From positions 451 to 64,450 of the forward strand of contig JBCBSB010000008.1 in the NCBI GenBank assembly GCA_039819405.1: 64,000 nucleotides of DNA, given 5' to 3'. The notes under the pieces are model-generated. The model ran no database searches. It saw only the letters and a list, made by a program, of their open reading frames with translations, and was not told the DNA's origin. Shown one piece after another: positions 58,494-64,000 of this stretch (its first letter is position 1; the number at the start of each line of letters is the position of its first letter). A program made the translations under genes and the position numbers. This DNA comes from Pseudomonadota bacterium (lineage in GTDB: Bacteria > Pseudomonadota > Alphaproteobacteria > Caulobacterales > Parvularculaceae).

Positions 58494-58857
58494 ATCCCCT
58501 CATGAAATAGTACATACTAGAAGACAACGCAAATACAAAACCCCTCAATGCAAAGAGCTGAAAAACTGTGGATGCAAATTCTTAGAATGCAAACTGTCTG
58601 CAAAATGCCCATAAGGCTTGATCAAGCGCCTGATTACGCAAGCACAATACTGCCAAACTGACTTTGAAGAATTTGAGTCTAAGTGTTCGCCTGACGGGGT
58701 CAGGCATCTACCGGCGGCGGTATTTGGTCCGCCCATCACATGCAGCGCCGCTTAGTGCTTTGTTAGCCATGTGAGATATATGATGGTTGCACAAAGACCG
58801 GGCGGGTGAACCTGAATATTGACTGTTGCGTAGCGTCATGGCGCCTTGAATACAAAA

Positions 58858-58883
58858 CGCCGCTGCGATAATCGCAGCGGCGC
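58858..58883 (-). terminator. Rho-independent terminator after lipoprotein gene 3
   Basis: The minus strand reads gccgctgcga-tta-tcgcagcggc followed by gttttgtatt. Confidence 0.7.
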
Positions 58884-58909
58884 ATAATCCTTACAAAGAA
58901 AAGTAGCCG

Positions 58910-59251
58910 CTAGTTGCCTCTCGGCACATCGCTCTGAAGATTGCGACGTTGGCCTTCGTCCATAATAGACTGCACGGCTTCCCGCATCTCACGCCATTCG
59001 CGCGCACTGCGGCATTCCTTTCTTCCAAAACGCGTTCCCGTTGGAATAGTCCGTTTGCAGATGATCCGATCCATATCGGTGCGATCTTCAGCAACATTAG
59101 CCTCCGACGCCCCCTCCGCATTTGCCGTTGACGTCTCGTCAGCAGCAACAGCCGTATCAAGCGCCGTGTTGGCGGCCGATTCTGTCTGAACCGTCGTGCA
59201 GGCGGTCAGCATCGCAATGATTGCTGGCGCCGCTAATACTCCATATTTCAT
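58910..59251 (-). CDS. Small lipoprotein, paralogue 3
   Basis: ATG (MKYGVL) at 59251 and lipobox MLTAC. The tail is DRIICKRTIPTGTRFGRKECRSAREWREMREAVQSIMDEGQRRNLQSDVPRGN. Confidence 0.7.
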   Translation of the reverse strand: MKYGVLAAPAIIAMLTACTTVQTESAANTALDTAVAADETSTANAEGASEANVAEDRTDMDRIICKRTIPTGTRFGRKECRSAREWREMREAVQSIMDEGQRRNLQSDVPRGN

Positions 59252-59470
59252 TTTCCGACCTCGTGTTGTACCTGGTGCCATTTACAGACTGCCCACCCAT
59301 GGCGATCCATCCCGTCAAACTCTTCATTGGCAGCTGCTTGAAGTTTGAATGGAAAGCATAGAACTTGCACCAGAAATATATAGTGAGTCTAGTGCAGAAG
59401 TTGCTAAAATCCTTGGATAATCATTTAGTATCAAATATTTATTGATTGTAGCAAAAGAGCGACGCAAATA

Positions 59471-60625
59471 ATGACGCAGGCGACGGAATTATCGGCAAAT
59501 GGGCTAAGAGCGCTTCAGGCCGGAAATGTTAACGAAGCGTTCTCGCTGCTATCCGCGGCCGTTGAACAAGGCGATAATCGCCCTGAAATATTGCGCGCCG
59601 CCGCGCTTGCGGCCCGGTCTGCCGGTCGCCCGGAAACAAGTCTGGCCGCCGCTGACCGCCTGCTGACGCACAGCCCGGATGATCTCCTCGCAAAGATCAT
59701 AAAGGCGGATGCGCTCGCCGCCATGGGTGAGCAACGCAAGGCGGCCGAGCACTATATCGCTGCAGTGAATTCCGCGCCGCCCCAAGAGCAACTTTCCGGC
59801 CCCCTTGCAGCTGAAGTCAATCGCGCCAGGCAGGAATGCGCCGCGGCAGCCGAACGATATGAGGAGTTCCTGAGATCAAAAGTGCGCGCGCTGGGCTTGT
59901 TTGATGGCTCCGGTCATGCCCGCGGCGAGCAGGCATTGGATATTCTGTTTGGCAGAAAGCAGATTTATTATCAGCAGCCTGATAAATTCTACTTTCCAGA
60001 ACTTCCCCAAATCCAGTTTTACGATCCTTCCGAATTTTCCTGGACAGAAGCATTAGTTGCGCAAACGGACATAATTCAATCAGAACTGGCGGCGGTTTTG
60101 TCAGGCGAAAGTGCATTTGAACCTTATGTCCCGGCCACGCCGGATAAACCGCGCATAAACCAAAACGTACTAACCGGAAATGCAGACTGGGGCGCATTTC
60201 ACCTGTTTAAGGATGGCTCGAGAATTGAAGAAAATGTATCGCGATGCCCCGCGACACTGAATGCTCTAGCTCTTGCGCCGCAACCGAATATGCGCGGCAA
60301 GTCGCCAATCGCCCTGTTCTCGCGGCTGAAACCCGGCACCCACATTCCGCCGCATACCGGTTTGATGAATACACGGATCATTTGCCATCTGCCGCTCATC
60401 ATTCCTGACGGATGTCATTTGCGCGTCGGCAATCAGAAACGGCAATGGCGCAATGGTGAAATGCTGATCTTTGATGATTCAATAGAACATGAAGCGCGCA
60501 ATGCTGGCGCATCCGAGCGCATTATCCTGCTTTTCGATATTTGGCGCCCGGAACTTAGCGAAGATGAACGGGCCTTCGTAAGTGCTGTATTCGACGCAAT
60601 CGAAGACTATGGGGTATTTGCATAA
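59471..60625 (+). CDS. TPR + aspartyl/asparaginyl beta-hydroxylase-family (2OG/Fe) domain protein
   Basis: N-terminal TPR-like helices. The C-terminal region PGTHIPPHTGLMNTRIICHLPLIIP...FDDSIEHEARN carries the H-x...H iron ligands typical of the Asp/Asn beta-hydroxylase/LpxO family. Confidence 0.7.
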   Translation: MTQATELSANGLRALQAGNVNEAFSLLSAAVEQGDNRPEILRAAALAARSAGRPETSLAAADRLLTHSPDDLLAKIIKADALAAMGEQRKAAEHYIAAVNSAPPQEQLSGPLAAEVNRARQECAAAAERYEEFLRSKVRALGLFDGSGHARGEQALDILFGRKQIYYQQPDKFYFPELPQIQFYDPSEFSWTEALVAQTDIIQSELAAVLSGESAFEPYVPATPDKPRINQNVLTGNADWGAFHLFKDGSRIEENVSRCPATLNALALAPQPNMRGKSPIALFSRLKPGTHIPPHTGLMNTRIICHLPLIIPDGCHLRVGNQKRQWRNGEMLIFDDSIEHEARNAGASERIILLFDIWRPELSEDERAFVSAVFDAIEDYGVFA

Positions 60626-60642
60626 CGCAATAAGCGTCTGCG

Positions 60643-61182
60643 CTATTTGATACGCTCCACGCGAATCGACCGCTTATCGCCATTGAGGGAAAGAACGTGT
60701 CCGCCGAAGGATTTGCGCTTGATCGTAACGCCCATGCCTTCCGCTCCGGATTTAGGCACTCTAAGTTTATCGGTATCCGCACTGAGTTGCCGCCAAACCT
60801 GACCGTTATCGAGAATAATAACATATTTCCCGCGGCCATTGCGACCGACATCAACCACTGACGCAGCCAGCGACTTAATCTTCTCGCGTTCCTTGCGCTG
60901 CTTTTCCTTAGTCTCGGGAAGGTCTTCCGCGCCAAAGCGCTCTTCAGGCGTCAGAACGGGCCCCGAAGCAAGCGCCGCCTCGCCATCGGTCGCCTCCACA
61001 GCAATCTTTTCAGCCTCAAGGCCACCGGCCAGACGATCAAAACAGGCCAGGCGATCGGAATCATCGCCAATGCCGCGACATTCAATCAAGCCGGGCGCCA
61101 GGCTTTGTGCAGCAGCACCCCCACAAAATCCGACCGAAACCACCGCGGCTGCCGCTAAGATGGAAAAATGGCAATTTTTCAT
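60643..61182 (-). CDS. Hypothetical secreted protein
   Basis: Signal peptide ...GGAAAQ. No domain recognised. Confidence 0.5.
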   Translation of the reverse strand: MKNCHFSILAAAAVVSVGFCGGAAAQSLAPGLIECRGIGDDSDRLACFDRLAGGLEAEKIAVEATDGEAALASGPVLTPEERFGAEDLPETKEKQRKEREKIKSLAASVVDVGRNGRGKYVIILDNGQVWRQLSADTDKLRVPKSGAEGMGVTIKRKSFGGHVLSLNGDKRSIRVERIK

Positions 61183-61248
61183 ATCCCGCTCCTGTTTTGG
61201 CGCATCCTAATTGAGAATGAAGCCGGATCAAACCCAGCCCAAACAGAA

Positions 61249-61275
61249 AGCGCCGCAGACTTTCGTCTGCGGCGC
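61249..61275 (-). terminator. Hairpin terminator after the TonB-dependent receptor gene
   Basis: gcgccgcagac-tttc-gtctgcggcgc, with T-rich tracts on both strands. Confidence 0.75.
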
Positions 61276-61303
61276 TTCGTTTCTTGTCTCTTTGGTGAGA
61301 GGC

Positions 61304-64000
61304 TTACAGCTGCAAGTTCACGCCAAAGAAGATAAAGCGACCTGCTGGATCGTAAGTGCCCGGGAACGTATCGCCGTTACCAGGAGCCGTACCCGCGACA
61401 GTCGAGAGTTCAGGATCACGCCCGAAGACGTTCTGAACACCAGCCCGCAGCGTCAAGTTCTCACGAACGTAGAACTGAGCGGCGAGGTCCAGATACTCGG
61501 CAGAATCCAGGTTGTCGTCGAGGATGTTGCCTGACGGCACAAACACGCCGCCGGTTTGCTGCCCGGCAGCCAACTGAACACCGGAGAAGTGACGCCACGT
61601 CGCCGTGATGTCGATATTCCATGGTGTCTGCCATGTCGTCAGCAAACGGTGACGATATTCAGGGTTCGGACCGCCGCAACCGCCGCGATAGAGCCCTTTA
61701 CACTCAACCGTTGTCGTCACGCCCGGAACCGGGATTGATGACAGTTCCATCAGGAACGTCGAGACGTAATTGAAGTTCATTGAACCCCAACCGCCAAGAC
61801 CGACATCGGCCATATCGAGGCTGTACGCTGCCGATACGTCGAGACCGCGCGTATCAACCTGCGCGATGTTGACCACCGTCGCCTGAACACCAGCGAACTG
61901 GAACGGCGAGCCTGCCGGTGGAACCGGGCTGGCGAACAGTGAACCGTCACGGTCACGCTGGACCAGGCTACAGAACTGAGGATCACCAGTCTGCACACAC
62001 TGGGTAAGCGTGGTTAGCGGCGGAACGTTCGTAATGGCGTCCTTGATCGAGATGTCGAAGTAATCGACCGAGACCGTCAGACCATCAATCCAACGCGGCT
62101 GCATCACAACACCAAAAGTATAGGTGTTGGATTTTTCCGGGTTGAGGAGCGGGTTACCGCCGGTAACAGCATTTTCCTGCTGCGCCGGGTTAACAGGCAG
62201 CGTGCCGTACTGAGCAGCTGAAAGACCCGTAAACGCACACTGCGCCACCGTTGCTGTTGGAGCCGGAACAGGCGTTGCCGGATTGAGGTCACCCGAGCAC
62301 GGATCAACCGCGTTGAACAGGCCAGTGTTTTGCGCACTGAACAGGTTGAAGACGTTCGGCGCACGCACCGCACGCTGGAACTGACCGCGGAAGCGGAGGT
62401 CAGAAACAGGCGTCCAGCTGACGCCAGCCGAGAAGGTGTGCGTGTCGAAGTCAGTCTGTGCTGTCGCATCCGAATCCGTTGTGTAGTTCGAATAACGGTA
62501 TGCGCCGTTGATGCCGAACTCTTCGAAGAACGGCTGGTTCTCGATAATCGGGATCTGGGTTTCCGCGAAGATTTCCCAAACGCTGACTTCACCCTGAATT
62601 GGAGGGGTGCCGCCGCCGACGCCGGTCAAGCCAAGCCCGCCCGGAATCTGCGAGACATCGTCCGGACGCCGGTCCAGTCGGTCTTCACGATATTCAACAC
62701 CGATGAGGCCCAGAACACCGCTTTCCGCCCATGGGAACTGGAAGCCGGAAGCGCCGAGATCGCCACTGATGGTGCCGCCGAGTACAATCTGCTCGACTGT
62801 ACCGGTAACGAAGCCGTTGCCCTGGATGGACTGCGCCACTTCTGGCGTAATCTGATCAACACCGCCGGGACGCTGGAAGAGGTTGAACGGCAGACAGCCT
62901 GTATTGCCGGAGCGGCAAACCGGATTGCCCATGCCGTCGTCGACAACGAAGAACGCATCCTGAACCCGTGCGAACGACAGGTCGCCGGTCGAATTCGAGT
63001 TGTGACGCGTACGTGAGAACTGACCAAAAACATCCCAATCCCAGTTGTCACCCAACGTGCCGCGGAAGCCGCCGACAGCCCGGAAAGTGCTAAGGCCGGT
63101 GAAGGTGCTGCGCGGATTGCCGTTGACATTCCGGTAGCCTGGGCCTGCGACGCCGCCGAAGTTGACGTCTGTACCAGCCGCAACGTCTGCCGCTGAGCAG
63201 CCAAGACCCGCTTCAGCAAGCGTGCCGCCGCCAGGGACAGCCGCCTGAAGGAACGGGTTGTCGCAGTTGATGGAGAAGTTACGGAAGAAGGTGCCGGAAA
63301 ACGCAATCTGCGAGTCGGTGGTGTTCTCCGTGAAGGTGAGATCCATGAATGCTTCGACGTTGTCGGCCACTTCGTAACGCGCAAACGCCGAAATGTTGAA
63401 GCGCTCATTGTTACGCTGGATGAAGTTATCCGGCGCAAAGTTGAACAGCTGATCCGGCGAGCCTGTGAATGGCACCAGCGTACCGTCTTCATTCAGGAAG
63501 AGACCGGCCGGGAAGTTCGGGTTCGTGTTCGAAAGGCCGATCCGGCGGAAGGTCGATGAACCGCCGCAAGTAACACCGCCAATACCGCGTGGATCTCCAC
63601 CGGAGTTATATGAACAAGCACTGTAATCGCGAGCGCCCTGACGGATTTCGTTCTGATCCTGATACTGGAAGAACGCCGTCACGTTACCGCGACCGTCGGC
63701 CGTGTTCGCGCCCCACGTAGCGGAGACGTTAACGCCGCGACCGTCAAGCTCGCTGCCTGGTCTATCAATGCCGAAATTATCGAGCAATTCGTTAGCGAAG
63801 TCGTCACTATTGCCGTCCTGGAAGAAGCCGACCTGGCCATCCAGCTCAAGACCCTCAAAATCACGGCGCATGATGAAGTTCACAACACCCGCAACAGCGT
63901 CAGAACCGTACAATGCTGACGCACCACCTGACACAACGTCAACGCGCTCGACGAGCTGCGCTGGAATCACGTCCAGGTTGGCTGTGGAAGCGTTACTGGA
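61304..64000 (-). CDS. TonB-dependent outer-membrane receptor (N-terminus lies beyond the window edge)
   Basis: Plug-domain motif ERVDVVSGGASALYGSDAVAGVVNFI near the window end, then a long beta-barrel rich in G/N/Y/F with a terminal ...FFGVNLQL. The ORF stays open to position 64000. Confidence 0.85.
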   Translation of the reverse strand, partial: SSNASTANLDVIPAQLVERVDVVSGGASALYGSDAVAGVVNFIMRRDFEGLELDGQVGFFQDGNSDDFANELLDNFGIDRPGSELDGRGVNVSATWGANTADGRGNVTAFFQYQDQNEIRQGARDYSACSYNSGGDPRGIGGVTCGGSSTFRRIGLSNTNPNFPAGLFLNEDGTLVPFTGSPDQLFNFAPDNFIQRNNERFNISAFARYEVADNVEAFMDLTFTENTTDSQIAFSGTFFRNFSINCDNPFLQAAVPGGGTLAEAGLGCSAADVAAGTDVNFGGVAGPGYRNVNGNPRSTFTGLSTFRAVGGFRGTLGDNWDWDVFGQFSRTRHNSNSTGDLSFARVQDAFFVVDDGMGNPVCRSGNTGCLPFNLFQRPGGVDQITPEVAQSIQGNGFVTGTVEQIVLGGTISGDLGASGFQFPWAESGVLGLIGVEYREDRLDRRPDDVSQIPGGLGLTGVGGGTPPIQGEVSVWEIFAETQIPIIENQPFFEEFGINGAYRYSNYTTDSDATAQTDFDTHTFSAGVSWTPVSDLRFRGQFQRAVRAPNVFNLFSAQNTGLFNAVDPCSGDLNPATPVPAPTATVAQCAFTGLSAAQYGTLPVNPAQQENAVTGGNPLLNPEKSNTYTFGVVMQPRWIDGLTVSVDYFDISIKDAITNVPPLTTLTQCVQTGDPQFCSLVQRDRDGSLFASPVPPAGSPFQFAGVQATVVNIAQVDTRGLDVSAAYSLDMADVGLGGWGSMNFNYVSTFLMELSSIPVPGVTTTVECKGLYRGGCGGPNPEYRHRLLTTWQTPWNIDITATWRHFSGVQLAAGQQTGGVFVPSGNILDDNLDSAEYLDLAAQFYVRENLTLRAGVQNVFGRDPELSTVAGTAPGNGDTFPGTYDPAGRFIFFGVNLQL

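Noticed and set aside
62330-63492. 228-aa (+) and 288-aa (-) alternative-frame ORFs inside the TonB-dependent receptor
   Set aside because: The receptor frame carries plug and barrel signatures. The others are Arg/Ser-rich shadows.
1-64000. tRNA, rRNA, integrase, transposase or prophage genes
   Set aside because: I scanned intergenic regions and translations and found no cloverleaf-like sequence, rRNA signature, or recombinase/transposase motif.

Overview
High-GC (about 60-68 % in sampled lines) chromosomal segment that looks alphaproteobacterial: Caulobacter-type cpa/tad gene order, a long alpha-type HisS, DUF2794 and TspO. All calls come from reading motifs in the supplied translations and the DNA; no similarity search was run. 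Most of the window is housekeeping: rsmB, hisS, pgi, ispB-like, ispE, ETF-QO, a DsbD-like reductase, family-4 UDG and an Slt-like transglycosylase. It also holds a complete Flp/Tad pilus locus (flp-cpaABCDEF-tadBC, 39.1-48.3 kb). The 55-aa flp pilin gene is absent from the ORF track. An oxyR/ahpC/ahpD module follows. Four regions stand out. (1) The left ~5 kb is an AT-richer accessory island, segmented by 128-bp direct repeats and REP/MITE-like palindromes. It encodes a stand-alone mini Hint-domain protein with a Cys-rich leader. Next to it is a divergent pair: a tail-anchored LRAT/PLAAT-like H-H-C enzyme and a tail-anchored XRE HTH protein. An AlbA_2 (Schlafen-like) protein follows. This is my best candidate for an undescribed conflict or defence module. 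(2) pabB-pabA-pabC-ANL is a four-gene operon joined by three ATGA overlaps; its last gene is a short adenylate-forming enzyme with a degenerate P-loop. (3) A segmental duplication downstream of ahpD left an ahpD 3' fragment and three paralogous small lipoprotein genes. (4) A dispersed family of paired palindromic repeats has one copy that supplies the start codon of a cyclophilin gene. No rRNA, tRNA, CRISPR array, integrase or transposase was recognised.
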